Part shown: positions 1-11,120 of the stretch, piece after piece
Layout of the letters: each line of letters opens with the position of its first letter
Numbering within the stretch: the stretch's first letter is position 1
Source: Candidatus Onthoplasma sp.
GTDB taxonomy: Bacteria; Bacillota; Clostridia; Christensenellales; UBA1242
Length of the DNA stretch: 64,000 nt
Direction: 5' to 3'
Assembly: GCA_045633705.1 (NCBI GenBank)
Contig: JAZQYV010000010.1
Coordinates: 129,669-193,668, forward strand
Translations under genes and position numbers: made by a program
The notes under the pieces: model-generated
What the model was told of the DNA's origin: nothing
What the model saw: only the letters and a program-made list of their open reading frames with translations
The model's database searches: none

Positions 1-1059
1 GAAAGATTATTAAAGTCTATCTTTGGTGAAAAGACTAAAGAAGTTAAAAACACATCATTAAAAGTTAAGCATGGCGAAGCTGGTGTGGTTGTTGGTGTTG
101 AAATCTTGTCACGTAAAAACAAAGATGAGCTAGATGCTGGTGTAAATATGATGGTTAAAGTATACATTGCACAAAAACGTGTACTTCAACCTGGTGATAA
201 ACTTGCTGGTCGTTATGGTAACAAGGGTGTTGTATCAATTGTGTTACCTGAAAGTGATATGCCATTTATGGCAAACGGACAAACTGTTGATATTATCTTA
301 AACCCAATGGGTATCCCATCTCGTATGAACTTGGGACAATTGTTGGAAATGCACCTAGGTCTTGCTGCAAAGCATCTTGACTGGAAGGTTGCAACTCCAA
401 GCTTTGATAGCGCAACAGAAGAACAAATTCAAGAATTACTTCGTCAAAACAACTTGCCAGAAGACGGTAAGATGCAATTATATGATGGACGCACAGGTCT
501 TCCATTTGAAAACAAGACCAACGTTGGTGTGATGTATATGCTAAAACTTAACCACATGGTTGAAGACAAGCTGCATGCTCGTAGTATTGGTACTTATGCA
601 TTGATTACACAACAACCTCTAAGTGGTAAATCACAACTTGGTGGACAACGTTTTGGTGAAATGGAAGTGTGGGCATTGGAAGCATATGGTGCAAGTAGAT
701 TGCTACAAGAAATGCTAACAATTAAGTCGGACGACGTTGAAGGACGTATTAAAACTTACGAAGCTATCGTTAAGGGTGAACCTATTCCAGAACCTGGAAT
801 GCCTGAAGCATTTAAAGTTTTGGTTAAGGAAATGCAAGGTCTTGGTCTAGATGTTAAGATTTTAACAGCTGACCAACACGAATTGTCAATCAATGAAGTG
901 GCTGACCAAGAAGTTGAATTTGATGCAGTTCAACCAGTTAACAAGGTTGGGCTTGAAGATATTACTCTTGAATTTGATAAGATTCAAGAAAGTTATGAAT
1001 CACAAGTGTCTGAACAGACTTTTGATGAATCGGCATTATTTGACGATTTAGATGACTAG
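1..1059 (+). CDS. rpoB: DNA-directed RNA polymerase beta subunit, C-terminal part (gene starts upstream of the window)
   Basis: Frame 1 is open from base 1 ([11 protein letters not shown]...). Hallmark motifs [23 protein letters not shown] and [18 protein letters not shown] are present. rpoC follows directly. Confidence 0.97.
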   Translation, partial: ERLLKSIFGEKTKEVKNTSLKVKHGEAGVVVGVEILSRKNKDELDAGVNMMVKVYIAQKRVLQPGDKLAGRYGNKGVVSIVLPESDMPFMANGQTVDIILNPMGIPSRMNLGQLLEMHLGLAAKHLDWKVATPSFDSATEEQIQELLRQNNLPEDGKMQLYDGRTGLPFENKTNVGVMYMLKLNHMVEDKLHARSIGTYALITQQPLSGKSQLGGQRFGEMEVWALEAYGASRLLQEMLTIKSDDVEGRIKTYEAIVKGEPIPEPGMPEAFKVLVKEMQGLGLDVKILTADQHELSINEVADQEVEFDAVQPVNKVGLEDITLEFDKIQESYESQVSEQTFDESALFDDLDD

Positions 1060-1080
1060 AAAAAAGTATAGGAGAAATAT

Positions 1081-4000
1081 ATGTTTGAATTAAACAATTT
1101 TGACTCAATAAGAATTAGTATTGCTTCCCCTGAAAAGATCCGTGAGTGGTCTAGAGGGGAGGTTACTAAGCCTGAAACAATTAATTATCGTACTCAAAAG
1201 CCTGAAAAAGACGGTTTGTTTTGCGAACGCATTTTTGGACCTAAAAAGGACTGGGAATGTAGTTGTGGTAGATACAAAAGAGTTCGTTACAAAGGCGTAA
1301 TTTGTGATAAGTGTGGTGTTGAAGTTACACGTTCTAAAGTTCGTCGTGAACGTATGGGACATATTGAACTTGCTTGCCCAGTATCACATATTTGGTTCTT
1401 CAAGGGTGTTCCTAGCCGTATTGGCTTGGCCCTTGATATGTCACCAAAGCTTTTAGATGAAGTTTTGTATTATGTAAGCTATGTAGTTCTTGATCCTAAG
1501 GACACGGACTTTGAGTATAAGCAAGTTATTCGTGACCGCGAATATCGTGAAGCTCTTGAAAAATATGGCTATAATGGCTTTAGAGTTGGTATGGGAGCTG
1601 AAGCTGTTAAGGAATTATTACAAAATATTGATCTTGAAAAAGAAAGAAAAGAATTGACAGATATAATGCACAATTCTAAAGGTCAAAAGAAATTAAAAGC
1701 AACCAAAAAGTTGGAGATTATCGAAGACTTTATTAAAAGTGGCAACAAGCCTGAATGGATGATAATGGACGTTGTTCCAGTTATCCCACCAGACATTCGT
1801 CCACTTGTTCAAATTGATGGCGGTAAGTTTGCTGCCAGCGACTTAAATGACTTGTATCGTCGTGTTATCAACCGTAACAATCGTTTGAAAAAGCTTATTG
1901 ATTTGGGCGCGCCTGATATTATCGTTCGTAACGAAAAGCGTATGCTTCAAGAAGCTGTTGACGCATTGTTTGATAATGGTAAACGTGGTCGTCCAGTTCA
2001 AGGAAGTCGTCAACGTGATTTAAAATCACTTACTGCAAGCTTGAAGGGCAAACATGGTCGTTTCCGTCAAAACTTGTTAGGTAAACGTGTTGACTATTCA
2101 GGTCGTTCAGTTATCGTGGTTGGTCCAGAGTTGAAGATTTATCAAATGGGACTACCTAAGATGATGGCTTTAGAATTGTTCCGTCCATTTATTATCAAAC
2201 GCTTACTTGAAATGAATCAAACAAACAACCTAAAGAAAGCTACACGTATGATTGACCAAGAACGTCCAGTAGTTTGGGATATCTTGTCAGAAGTTGTTCA
2301 AGGCCACCCAGTACTACTAAACCGTGCGCCTACACTACACAAGTTGTCGGTGCAAGCATTTGAGCCATTGCTAATCGAGGGTAAGGCAATCCGTCTTCCA
2401 CCTTTGGCCTGCGGCGGCTTTAACGCGGACTTTGACGGTGACCAAATGTCAATTCATATTCCATTAAGCGTGGAAGCAAGAACAGAAGCTAGAAACTTGT
2501 TGCTAGCATCTAACAATATTTTAAAACCAAGTGATGGTAGCCCTGCGATGGTTCCATCTCAAGATATGATTTTGGGTAACTACTATATCACACTTATCCG
2601 TGATGGAGCGAAAGGTGAAGGTATGGTATTTAACAACGAAGATGAAGTAGAACTTGCTTATGCAAATGGAGTGCTTGATCTTCAAGCAAAAATCCAAGTT
2701 CGTCGTCAAATGATGTTTGAAGGTGAATTATGTGAAGGAAGAGCAGAAACATCTTTAGGTAGAATTTACTTCAATAGATGTGTTCCTCAAGACTTGGGCT
2801 ACGTTGATAGAACAGTTAAGGAAAATATCTTCCGTTATGAAATTGAAAAAGAAGTTGGTAAAAAAGAATATGGTAAGTTGATTGATTTGGCTTATCGTAA
2901 ACACGGTACTAATGTTACAGTTACTATGATTGATGACATTAAAAACCTTGGTTTCAAATACTCAACTATAGCAAGTATTTCATTATCACTATTTGATATG
3001 ACTGAAAGTGATAAGAAAGTTCAAATCCTAAAAGAAGCTGATGCGCAAGTAGCTCAAAATAATGACTTGTATTTACAAGGATTTATGAGTGAAAATGATA
3101 AGCGTGAACGTAACATTAAGATTTGGAACGAGGCTACTGGTAAGGTTATGGACGCCGTGGTTGGCGCGTTAGATAAATTTAACCCATTAAAGATGATGGC
3201 TGACTCTAAAGCCCGTGGTAATAACGACCAAATTAAGCAGTTGTCAGGTATGCAAGGTATTACAGCGGTTGCATCTGGTGTTCGTTCAGAAATTCCAGTT
3301 AAATCAAGCTTTAGACGTGGTCTAAGCCCAATCGAATACTTTAGCGCATCTCGTGGTTCTCGTAAACAATTGATGGATACAGCTATGAAGACAGCTGACT
3401 CAGGTTACTTAACACGTAGATTAGTAGACGTATCACAAGATACAGTTATTACTGAAATTGACTGTTTTGAAACACTTGAAGAAAGTGTAAAGGGTATGGA
3501 AGTTACCGAAATTGTAAAAGACGGCACATTGGTTGAAAATCTTGAAAACCGTATAGTTGGTCGTTACAGCGTTGGTGCTATTGTTAACCCTAAAACCAAG
3601 GAAGAAATTTGCCCAGCAAACGAATATATTACAGCTGATATGGCAAGTCAGATTGTTGAGGCTGGTATCACAAAAGTTAACATTCGTACATTGTTAACAT
3701 GTAAAGCTAAACATGGCGTTTGTGCTAAGTGTTATGGCCGCAACATGAGCAAGAACGAACTTGTTGATATTGGTGAAGCAGTTGGTGTTATCGCTGCTCA
3801 ATCAATTGGTGAACCAGGTACACAGTTGACAATGCGTACCTTCCACTCGGGTGGTGCTGCTACTGCCGATATTACTCAAGGTTTGCCTCGTGTTGAAGAA
3901 ATCTTTGAAGCACGTAACCCTAAGGGTGCGGCATTTGTTAGTGAAATCGCTGGTAAGGTTGAAATTAACAATGTTGACAAGCGTTATGAAGTTGTGGTTA

Positions 4001-4653
4001 AGGGTGATACTGAAGAATCATATATGTTGCCATATGGTGTAACATTAAAGGTTAAGCCAGGCGATATGGTTCAACCAGGTACAACTTTAACTGAAGGTCC
4101 AGTTAACCCTCGTGATATCTTAAGAACACGTGGTGTTAAGGCTGTTCAAGAATATTTGTTAAACGAAGTACTAAGCGTTTACAAATCTCAATCAGTTGAT
4201 ATCAACGCTAAACACTTGGAAATTATTATTCGTCAAATGCTACGTAAGGTTAAGATTGAAAATGCAGGCGATACAAAATTGTTGCCAGGAGACAGCATTG
4301 ATATTAGCCTATACGAAGAAGAAAACAATCGCGTACTAAGTGAAGGTGGCGTACCTGCGACAGCTAAACGTGAATTGCAAGGTATTACAAAAGCTTCACT
4401 TACAACCGAAAGCTTCTTGTCGGCGTCTTCATTCCAAGAAACAAGTAGCGTGCTAACCGAAGCTTCATTAAAGGGCAAGGTTGACCACTTGTTAGGATTG
4501 AAGGAAAATGTTATTATTGGTAAACTTATTCCTGCTGGTACAGGTTGTGCGCAATATCGCAACACTCTTCCTAAAGAAGTTGACCAAAACGGAATATATA
4601 ATATTAATGATGACGTTGATATCACATTTGCCGATATTGAGCTTATGGATTAA
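1081..4653 (+). CDS. rpoC: DNA-directed RNA polymerase beta-prime subunit
   Basis: 1190 aa. N-terminal Zn-finger cysteines ([15 protein letters not shown]), catalytic NADFDGDQM motif and GGAG-type SD upstream. Confidence 0.97.
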   Translation: MFELNNFDSIRISIASPEKIREWSRGEVTKPETINYRTQKPEKDGLFCERIFGPKKDWECSCGRYKRVRYKGVICDKCGVEVTRSKVRRERMGHIELACPVSHIWFFKGVPSRIGLALDMSPKLLDEVLYYVSYVVLDPKDTDFEYKQVIRDREYREALEKYGYNGFRVGMGAEAVKELLQNIDLEKERKELTDIMHNSKGQKKLKATKKLEIIEDFIKSGNKPEWMIMDVVPVIPPDIRPLVQIDGGKFAASDLNDLYRRVINRNNRLKKLIDLGAPDIIVRNEKRMLQEAVDALFDNGKRGRPVQGSRQRDLKSLTASLKGKHGRFRQNLLGKRVDYSGRSVIVVGPELKIYQMGLPKMMALELFRPFIIKRLLEMNQTNNLKKATRMIDQERPVVWDILSEVVQGHPVLLNRAPTLHKLSVQAFEPLLIEGKAIRLPPLACGGFNADFDGDQMSIHIPLSVEARTEARNLLLASNNILKPSDGSPAMVPSQDMILGNYYITLIRDGAKGEGMVFNNEDEVELAYANGVLDLQAKIQVRRQMMFEGELCEGRAETSLGRIYFNRCVPQDLGYVDRTVKENIFRYEIEKEVGKKEYGKLIDLAYRKHGTNVTVTMIDDIKNLGFKYSTIASISLSLFDMTESDKKVQILKEADAQVAQNNDLYLQGFMSENDKRERNIKIWNEATGKVMDAVVGALDKFNPLKMMADSKARGNNDQIKQLSGMQGITAVASGVRSEIPVKSSFRRGLSPIEYFSASRGSRKQLMDTAMKTADSGYLTRRLVDVSQDTVITEIDCFETLEESVKGMEVTEIVKDGTLVENLENRIVGRYSVGAIVNPKTKEEICPANEYITADMASQIVEAGITKVNIRTLLTCKAKHGVCAKCYGRNMSKNELVDIGEAVGVIAAQSIGEPGTQLTMRTFHSGGAATADITQGLPRVEEIFEARNPKGAAFVSEIAGKVEINNVDKRYEVVVKGDTEESYMLPYGVTLKVKPGDMVQPGTTLTEGPVNPRDILRTRGVKAVQEYLLNEVLSVYKSQSVDINAKHLEIIIRQMLRKVKIENAGDTKLLPGDSIDISLYEEENNRVLSEGGVPATAKRELQGITKASLTTESFLSASSFQETSSVLTEASLKGKVDHLLGLKENVIIGKLIPAGTGCAQYRNTLPKEVDQNGIYNINDDVDITFADIELMD

Positions 4654-4661
4654 TGTTGATA

Positions 4662-4695
4662 ATAAGAGTAACTTTAATAGTTGCTCTTATTTTTT
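4662..4695 (+). terminator. Rho-independent terminator after rpoC
   Basis: Stem ataagagtaac / gttgctcttat (one G-U pair), 7-nt loop, then a T-run. Confidence 0.7.
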
Positions 4696-4875
4696 ATTAA
4701 AAATCTTGGTTGCTTATAGCAAGAAGGGTAGATTTGATTGTTGTTTTATTAAATTGCCAATTATTTGTAAATCATAAAAATAATTATTAATTAATTGCAG
4801 CAATATACTATAAAATAGTATTTTATCGACATTTTAAATAATTTTTATTTTTTTAAAAAAAGTTGCTGAAAACTA

Positions 4876-4904
4876 TTTACAAATCAAAATATTTGTGCTA
4901 TAGT
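4876..4904 (+). promoter_or_regulatory. sigma-70-like promoter
   Basis: TTTACA, 17-nt spacer, TATAGT, about 28 nt upstream of the 4932 start. Confidence 0.5.
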
Positions 4905-4931
4905 ATCAGTATATTTAAAGGAGGTATGTAT

Positions 4932-5078
4932 ATGGAAAAGACATACAACGTTTGGGTATTAGGGGAAAATGGAAAAGTTACAAAAGGTACACATACAGTA
5001 AATAGCGATGTGTTTGCAAACGTGGCTGCAACTCTTAAGGAAAAGGTGCAAGCTAAAGAAGAAGGTTTGTCTTTATAA
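4932..5078 (+). CDS. small hypothetical protein (48 aa)
   Basis: AAGGAGG SD lies 7 nt upstream of the ATG at 4932. The track ORF start at 4863 lacks an SD. No family recognised. Confidence 0.45.
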   Translation: MEKTYNVWVLGENGKVTKGTHTVNSDVFANVAATLKEKVQAKEEGLSL

Positions 5079-5311
5079 GTTTTATCAACTTACAATATAT
5101 ATTTGCCCTAAAAAATATTTAGGCCTAACCAATTAAACGACTTACAATGTTATGCAATGAAACTTGCATAGGTTTGTTACCCACTAAAATAAAATGACTT
5201 AAGGTCTGACAACTTTTTACACAAATTTTAAAATGTGTATTAATTTGTTGGACTTTTTTGTTTTTGTGTGGTACACTAAAGTTAGTAGATTAGCGAAAAG
5301 AGGTTTTTAGT

Positions 5312-5569
5312 ATGAAAGAATTAGTTTATCCTGCAGTGTTGTATAAAGATAAGGAAACAGATGCTTTTACAATTGCAATCCATGATTTGGGTATTGTTAC
5401 CGAAGGTAAAACGGTCGAAGATGCGTTTGTTAATGCGCGTGACCATTTAACAGCGATGTTTGAATGTGCTGTTAAGCTTGATTGTGAAATTGATGCACCA
5501 TCACCATTTATTAAAATTTGGAAGGAAAACAAGGAAAATATTGTTATATTGGTTGATGCGTTGGCGTAA
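5312..5569 (+). CDS. HicB-like (UPF0150 / HicB_lk_antitox-type) small protein
   Basis: 85 aa. N-terminal pattern YPAVLYKD..D.FTIAIHDLG..TEG.T.EDA matches my recollection of the HicB N-terminal fold. No DNA-binding C-terminal domain. Confidence 0.55.
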   Translation: MKELVYPAVLYKDKETDAFTIAIHDLGIVTEGKTVEDAFVNARDHLTAMFECAVKLDCEIDAPSPFIKIWKENKENIVILVDALA

Positions 5570-5580
5570 AAGGAGGGCTT

Positions 5581-6111
5581 ATGGAAGTTAAGGTTAATGC
5601 TCAAAATTGGGCAGAACTGGATTTTTTGATAAACAACTTCTATGAAATAGTTGAATATAAACGTGGTCGTGGTATTTACGGGGATAGAGTTATTTTAAAG
5701 CGTAGCAAACGTCCTGAATGTATTTTTGGGGATAAAGACAAGTATTATGAGTTTTATTATCTAAATGCAAATGCAGTTAAGGAATTGCCACGTACTATAT
5801 ATGAAAAAATTAAAATTGTTGAACGCATAGTTGTATCGCCTGAAAATATGAACTTGCTATGCGATTTTAATGAAGAAGGGAATCAAACAATTGTTGACTG
5901 GGCAACCCAAACGGCAATTGAATTAAATAATGCCGCAACATTGGATTTCGAGGTTTTAAACAAGATATTGATTAAAAGATATAGTTTGCTTGGTAAAACG
6001 TTTATCGACAAATTAAATGAACATCGTAAACTTCAATATTTTTTGGCAACCAGCCCTACACTTAATTTAATTCCAGAGCAGCATGCAACAGATGAATTGA
6101 ATAAGCTATAA
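5581..6111 (+). CDS. hypothetical protein (176 aa), probably co-transcribed with the HicB-like gene
   Basis: AAGGAGGG SD, 11-nt gap after the previous stop, terminator immediately downstream. No family recognised. Confidence 0.6.
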   Translation: MEVKVNAQNWAELDFLINNFYEIVEYKRGRGIYGDRVILKRSKRPECIFGDKDKYYEFYYLNANAVKELPRTIYEKIKIVERIVVSPENMNLLCDFNEEGNQTIVDWATQTAIELNNAATLDFEVLNKILIKRYSLLGKTFIDKLNEHRKLQYFLATSPTLNLIPEQHATDELNKL

Positions 6112-6113
6112 AG

Positions 6114-6136
6114 CACCCAACCGTTGGGTGTTTTTT
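6114..6136 (+). terminator. Rho-independent terminator
   Basis: cacccaa-ccg-ttgggtg hairpin followed by TTTTTT. Confidence 0.7.
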
Positions 6137-6245
6137 GTATTTGAACATAAAATACAAGTTTGATTAAAATAAAATTTTAAAACATTTGCATATATGGCTA
6201 ATATGTGATAGTATATTAATAATAATTATACAAAGGAGGGATGTT

Positions 6246-6887
6246 ATGTATAAGAAGGGTTATAAAACTATGGCAGGCATTAATTTGTTGCTGGGGCTAT
6301 GTGCAATATTTTTATATATGCCGTATATGTTGCAAGCATTTGATGTTAATGTAACCAAATGGATTGAATTTGGGACTGATTTGTTTAAAAAGAACTATAT
6401 CAATGTGTTGATAGTTTTTGGAATAATTTTATTGATTTGGGTTGTTGGGTTAACAATCGCGTCGTTACTTTGCAGGCCAAATATTCCAAAGTTGATACTT
6501 AAGGTTGCAGTGATGGCAGCATTAGCATTGCCGTTAATGTACGTGTTGGCGCTAAAGTATGAATGGGCGGCAGAATTTTGGATTAAAAATATTGTAAAAA
6601 ACATTAAAACAATAAGCTATGTGCTAATCATTGTATCTTGCGGAAGTTTTATTTTAGGAGTGTTGTTTAATTTTAGCAAAAGACACAAGGCAAATTTACA
6701 CCACATTACACAAGCATTGGTTATGTGCGTATTGTTGGTATTGTTTGTTGCTGTATATGGCATGTGTGGCTGGGAAATAAAACTTGACCTTGCAATGAAA
6801 TTGTATGGTGTTTTGATGGGGTTGTTTGCAATATATTTACCACTGTCAACAATATTTATATTGCAAAGCGCAAACAAGAGATTATAA
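6246..6887 (+). CDS. polytopic membrane protein, unknown function
   Basis: AAAGGAGGG SD upstream of the ATG at 6246. About 6 hydrophobic segments. Confidence 0.6.
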   Translation: MYKKGYKTMAGINLLLGLCAIFLYMPYMLQAFDVNVTKWIEFGTDLFKKNYINVLIVFGIILLIWVVGLTIASLLCRPNIPKLILKVAVMAALALPLMYVLALKYEWAAEFWIKNIVKNIKTISYVLIIVSCGSFILGVLFNFSKRHKANLHHITQALVMCVLLVLFVAVYGMCGWEIKLDLAMKLYGVLMGLFAIYLPLSTIFILQSANKRL

Positions 6888-7085
6888 CTATGATAGAAAA
6901 TTTGTTTGTGTAGATACAATTACGGTTAAATGCATGCTATACACAAATAAAAACACTAAAAGTTGCTTAAAATATAATAAAAATGCAACTTTTTTTAATA
7001 TCTTGACAAAAATTGTCAAAAATTATTTGTGTTTTGATTTAAAAAATGTTAAGATTAAGTATATAACAATTTTTAAGGGGTAAAT

Positions 7086-8435
7086 ATGTTAAGAGTTTTT
7101 ATTGCATTAGGCAAACAATTGCCTAAAAATCAAGCAATTATTGAAGACACTGAAATGGTTGCAAAATTGCTTGCTAAGTACAATTGCACAATGGTGCAAG
7201 GCGGCGCCAAGATTGGGCTTATGGGCGTGGCTGTAAAAGAGTTCCAAAAATATAGCGATGAAGTTGTTATGATTGTGCCTGAAGTGCACAAAAGTGACCT
7301 TGTTGGCGCTAAATGTAAAGAACACTACATCGTAGAAGGTGAAAGTGATAGAATGCGCATCACTATTCATACTTGCGACATGATGATTGTTATGCCTGGC
7401 GGTTCAGGCACGCTTGCAGAGCTTGCATACTATGCAGAAACTTGTAAGAGTGGCGAGCATAAGGCTAAAGTTGTTGTGGTTAATACTAAAGGATACTACA
7501 ATAAGCTATTTAAGTTCCATAGACATCAAATTAAAAATGGCTTTATGAAAGAAGAAGACTGCAAGTACGAGGTTGTTGATAGTGCTAAAGACCTTGAACC
7601 AATTATTCAAGAGTTGATTACTAAAAAACAAGCTGAAATTCAACAAAAAGAAGTTGAAGCGAAGAAAAAAGCAGAAGCTGAAAAGAAAGCCGCTGCTAAA
7701 AAAGCTCCAGCTAAAAAGGTTGTGGCTCAAAAGGTTGAAAAGAAGGTAGAGGCAAAGCCGGTGGCAAAAACTCAAGCTAAGAAGGCTGCACCTGCAAAAA
7801 AAGAAGCTGCTAAGGCTGAAAAACCCGTAGCTAAAACAGCTCCAGAAAAAGTTGAACAAGTAAAGCCAGTGGTTGAAGCTCCAGTAAAAGTAGAAGTAAA
7901 GAAAGCTCCAGCCAAGAAAGTGGTAGCAAAAGCAGAACCTAAAAAGGCTGAAGCTAAACCAGCTGCAAAGGCGCCAGCTAAAAAGACTGAAGCTCCAAAA
8001 GCTGAAAAGAAAGTAGAGGCAAAGCCGGTGGCAAAAACTGAAGCAAAGAAGGTTGTACCTGCAAAGAAAGAAACTACTAAGGCTGAAAAACCCGTAGCTA
8101 AAACAGCTCCAGAAAAAGTTGAACAAGTAAAGCCAGTGGTTGAAGCTCCAGTAAAAGTAGAAGCAAAGAAAGCTCCAGCCAAGAAAGTGGTAGCAAAAGC
8201 AGAACCTAAAAAGGATGAAGCTAAACCAGCTGCAAAGGCGCCAGCTAAAAAGACTGAAGCTCCAAAAGCTGAAAAGAAGGTAGAGGCAAAGCCGGTGGCA
8301 AAAACTCAAGCTAAGAAGGCTGCACCTGCAAAGAAAGAAACTACTAAGGTTGAAAAGCCTGTTGCTAAAAAGCCAGCAGTAAAGACTGCTGCAAAACCAG
8401 CTGCTAAGAAAGCTCCTGCTAAGAAGGCAAAGTAA
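7086..8435 (+). CDS. LOG / TIGR00730-family (lysine-decarboxylase-like) protein fused to a ~270-aa Ala/Lys/Pro-rich histone-H1-like tail
   Basis: N-terminal ~180 aa carries GGAKIGLMG and PGGSGTLAE(L) motifs typical of the LOG family. The C-terminal part is AKKAAPAKK-type low complexity built from tandem repeats. Confidence 0.8.
   Translation: MLRVFIALGKQLPKNQAIIEDTEMVAKLLAKYNCTMVQGGAKIGLMGVAVKEFQKYSDEVVMIVPEVHKSDLVGAKCKEHYIVEGESDRMRITIHTCDMMIVMPGGSGTLAELAYYAETCKSGEHKAKVVVVNTKGYYNKLFKFHRHQIKNGFMKEEDCKYEVVDSAKDLEPIIQELITKKQAEIQQKEVEAKKKAEAEKKAAAKKAPAKKVVAQKVEKKVEAKPVAKTQAKKAAPAKKEAAKAEKPVAKTAPEKVEQVKPVVEAPVKVEVKKAPAKKVVAKAEPKKAEAKPAAKAPAKKTEAPKAEKKVEAKPVAKTEAKKVVPAKKETTKAEKPVAKTAPEKVEQVKPVVEAPVKVEAKKAPAKKVVAKAEPKKDEAKPAAKAPAKKTEAPKAEKKVEAKPVAKTQAKKAAPAKKETTKVEKPVAKKPAVKTAAKPAAKKAPAKKAK
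7734..8360 (+). repeat. in-frame tandem repeat, period 267 bp (89 aa), about 2.35 copies
   Basis: Copies start at 7734, 8001 and 8268 with very few mismatches between copies. Copy 3 matches copy 1 at first, then switches to copy-2 variants. Confidence 0.92.
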
Positions 8436-8454
8436 TAGAAGATAACAATAAAAA

Positions 8455-8478
8455 ATCCACCTAGTGTGGATTTTTTTT
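8455..8478 (+). terminator. Rho-independent terminator after the LOG-fusion gene
   Basis: atccac-ctagt-gtggat followed by T8. Confidence 0.75.
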
Positions 8479-8520
8479 ATAATTTGCCTTAAATATATTA
8501 TTAATATATTTATAATAAAA

Positions 8521-8549
8521 ATCACCAACAACCAGTTGGTGATTTTTTA
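8521..8549. terminator. bidirectional terminator (serves xfp on the minus strand)
   Basis: atcaccaac-aacca-gttggtgat flanked by an A-run and a T-run. Confidence 0.7.
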
Positions 8550-8554
8550 AATAC

Positions 8555-10924
8555 CTATTTCTTTTTTGTTGCATGCCATTTCCAGTTTCTAACCTCTGGA
8601 ATGTCTTGACCGTATTTGCGAACATATTCGTTATGCTTTGCCAATATTTCATTCATCTTCCTGTCAAGGTCAGAATATTTCTTTTCGCCCTTACTTATCT
8701 TGGCAATAATGGATTTAACAATGTGGAAACGGTCGATTTGGTTTTGAACTCTTACATCAAATGGAGTTGTGATGGTGCCTTCTTCACGATATCCAAATAC
8801 ATTTATATCTCGGTTTTTACGAGACCATGTTAGCTCGTGGATTAAGGTTGGATAACCATGATACACAAAGAATATTGGTTTGTTAGTTGTAAACAATTTG
8901 TTATATTCAGTATCAGTTAATCCATGAGAATGGTTTTCGTCTGTTCCAATTTTCATAAGGTCCACAACGTTGATAAATCTAACCTTTAAATCAGGAAGAT
9001 ATTCATTTAAGATTGTGGTGGCAGCCAATGCTTCAAGGGTAGGGGTGTCGCCACAACAAGCAAGCACTATGTCAGGATTCTTGTCACAGTTTGAAGCCCA
9101 ATCCCAAATACTTAAGCCGGCTGTGCAATGCTTGATTGCCTCAGGCATGCTTAACCATTGATGTGATGGGTGTTTGCTGGCAACGATTGTATTAACATAA
9201 TTTTTACTTCTTATGCAGTGGTCATAGCAAGACAATAAACAGTTGGTGTCAGGTGGAAGATACATTCGGATAACATCTGCTTTTTTGTTGGCGATGTGGT
9301 CCAAGAATCCTGGATCTTGGTGGGTGTATCCATTATGGTCTTGTTGCCATACGTTTGATGTTAACAAAATATTTAGTGATGCAATGTCTTGACGCCAAGG
9401 CAATTCGTTACAAACCTTTAACCATTTTGCATGCTGACTAACCATCGAGTCAACAACTCTTATAAACGATTCGTAACTTGCAAATGTGCCGTGTCGACCA
9501 GTAAGAAGATAACCCTCAAGCCAACCTTCACATACATTTTCACTTAAGAAACAATCCATAACTCTGCCATCTGGAGCAATATTATCATCAGTCTTTAAAA
9601 TACTTGCATTAAATGTTTTAGGAGATGCGTCAAAGGCTTTATACAGCCTATTTGATTTAACTTCATCAGGGCAGAACAATCGATAGTTGTTCGGGTTTAG
9701 TGCGATTATATCTCGTATAAATTTGCCAAGCTCTAACATATCTTGTGCTTTAACTTCGCCATGCTTTGGAACATCAACTGCATACTCAGCAAAGTCTGGC
9801 ACGCGTAGTTCTTTAAACAATAAGCCCCCATTCGTATGTGGGTTGGCGCTCATGCGTGCAAATCCTTTAGGGCACAATTCTTTTAGTTCTGGTTTTAATT
9901 GATAACCTTTTGTAAACAATTCATGTGGCTTATAACTCATCAGCCAATCGCGCAACAACAATATATGCTCTGGTTTTGACATATCAATTGGAATTTGGTG
10001 CGCGCGGTGAGAATTTTCAATGGTTTGACCATCGACTTCCTTTGGCCCCGTCCAACCCTTTGGGGTATTGAGAACAATCATTGGCCATAAAGGTCTTGAT
10101 GAGTCATTATTTGTACGTGCGTTTGCTTGAATTTGTTTAATTTCTTTAATAACTTCGTCTACAACAATAGCCATTGTTTTATGCATCGTTGCAGGGTTGC
10201 TGCCAGAAACAAAATATGGTTTCCATCCATAACCTTTTAACAGACTTTCAAGCTCGTTATGTGTTATGCGCGCCAAAACTGTCGGGTTATTTATTTTGTA
10301 GCCATTTAGATGAAGTATTGGTAATACTGCACCGTCAGTAATTGGATTTAGAAATTTGTTGCTATGCCAAGAAGTGGCAAGAGTGCCAGTTTCGGCTTCG
10401 CCATCACCTACAATACACGCTGCAATTAGATTTGGATTGTCAAACACTGCACCAAACGCGTGAGCAAGCGAATATCCAAGCTCACCGCCTTCGTGTATTG
10501 AACCTGGAGTTTCGGGAGCGACGTGGCTAGAAACGCCTCCAGGGAATGAAAACTGTTTGCACAATTTTTTCATACCCTTATAATCTTGACTTACAGTTGG
10601 GTAAACTTCACTATATGTTCCTTCCAAATATGCGTTGCTTACAAATGCATTTCCGCCGTGGCCAGGGCCGACAAGCATTATCATATTAAGGTCAAATTTG
10701 TTTATAGCGCGATTTAGGTGTGCATATATAAAGTTTTGGCCAGGAATTGTGCCCCAATGACCAACTATCTTTTTCTTAATATCGGTAACTTTAAGTGGCT
10801 CATACAATAATGGGTTATCCATCAAATATAGTTGAGCTACGGACAAATAATTGGCTGCACGCCAATAAGCATCAACCTTTTTTAAATATCCTGCTGATAG
10901 GAAATTGTCTTTTTCTTTTTTCAT
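8555..10924 (-). CDS. xfp: xylulose-5-phosphate/fructose-6-phosphate phosphoketolase
   Basis: 789 aa. N-terminus ..[18 protein letters not shown].., plus [15 protein letters not shown] and GDGEAETG motifs. Confidence 0.95.
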   Translation of the reverse strand: MKKEKDNFLSAGYLKKVDAYWRAANYLSVAQLYLMDNPLLYEPLKVTDIKKKIVGHWGTIPGQNFIYAHLNRAINKFDLNMIMLVGPGHGGNAFVSNAYLEGTYSEVYPTVSQDYKGMKKLCKQFSFPGGVSSHVAPETPGSIHEGGELGYSLAHAFGAVFDNPNLIAACIVGDGEAETGTLATSWHSNKFLNPITDGAVLPILHLNGYKINNPTVLARITHNELESLLKGYGWKPYFVSGSNPATMHKTMAIVVDEVIKEIKQIQANARTNNDSSRPLWPMIVLNTPKGWTGPKEVDGQTIENSHRAHQIPIDMSKPEHILLLRDWLMSYKPHELFTKGYQLKPELKELCPKGFARMSANPHTNGGLLFKELRVPDFAEYAVDVPKHGEVKAQDMLELGKFIRDIIALNPNNYRLFCPDEVKSNRLYKAFDASPKTFNASILKTDDNIAPDGRVMDCFLSENVCEGWLEGYLLTGRHGTFASYESFIRVVDSMVSQHAKWLKVCNELPWRQDIASLNILLTSNVWQQDHNGYTHQDPGFLDHIANKKADVIRMYLPPDTNCLLSCYDHCIRSKNYVNTIVASKHPSHQWLSMPEAIKHCTAGLSIWDWASNCDKNPDIVLACCGDTPTLEALAATTILNEYLPDLKVRFINVVDLMKIGTDENHSHGLTDTEYNKLFTTNKPIFFVYHGYPTLIHELTWSRKNRDINVFGYREEGTITTPFDVRVQNQIDRFHIVKSIIAKISKGEKKYSDLDRKMNEILAKHNEYVRKYGQDIPEVRNWKWHATKKK

Positions 10925-11104
10925 TTTTTACCCCTTTATATTTATATGATAATATTTTTAATGTTAGTTTGTCAACTTAACTTAAAAAATAATTACAAAA
11001 TTTGTAAATATTTGAATAATATATTAAATATTATGCGAATGGTTAATTTCAATAAATTCAAGGTAATTAAAAGTGTAAATATTAGTCAATTTAGAACATA
11101 AAAA

Positions 11105-11120
11105 GTAGACGATAGTCTAC
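11105..11120 (-). terminator. hairpin overlapping the stop codon of the XRE-TM regulator
   Basis: gtagac-gata-gtctac, followed by a T-run on the minus strand. Confidence 0.5.

Noticed and set aside
4508-4777. An 89-aa ORF overlapping the 3' end of rpoC and its terminator.
   Set aside because: It is out of frame within rpoC, runs through the terminator hairpin and has no SD.
7734-8360. The tandem repeats as a CRISPR array or intergenic satellite.
   Set aside because: The 267-bp units are contiguous with no spacers, and they are in frame inside a CDS.
7506-8531. Long antisense ORFs (341 aa and 136 aa on the minus strand) across the LOG tail region.
   Set aside because: They are artefacts of the low-complexity GCT/AAA-rich repeat. 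They have no SD or promoter and highly unnatural composition, and the sense frame continues from a recognisable domain.
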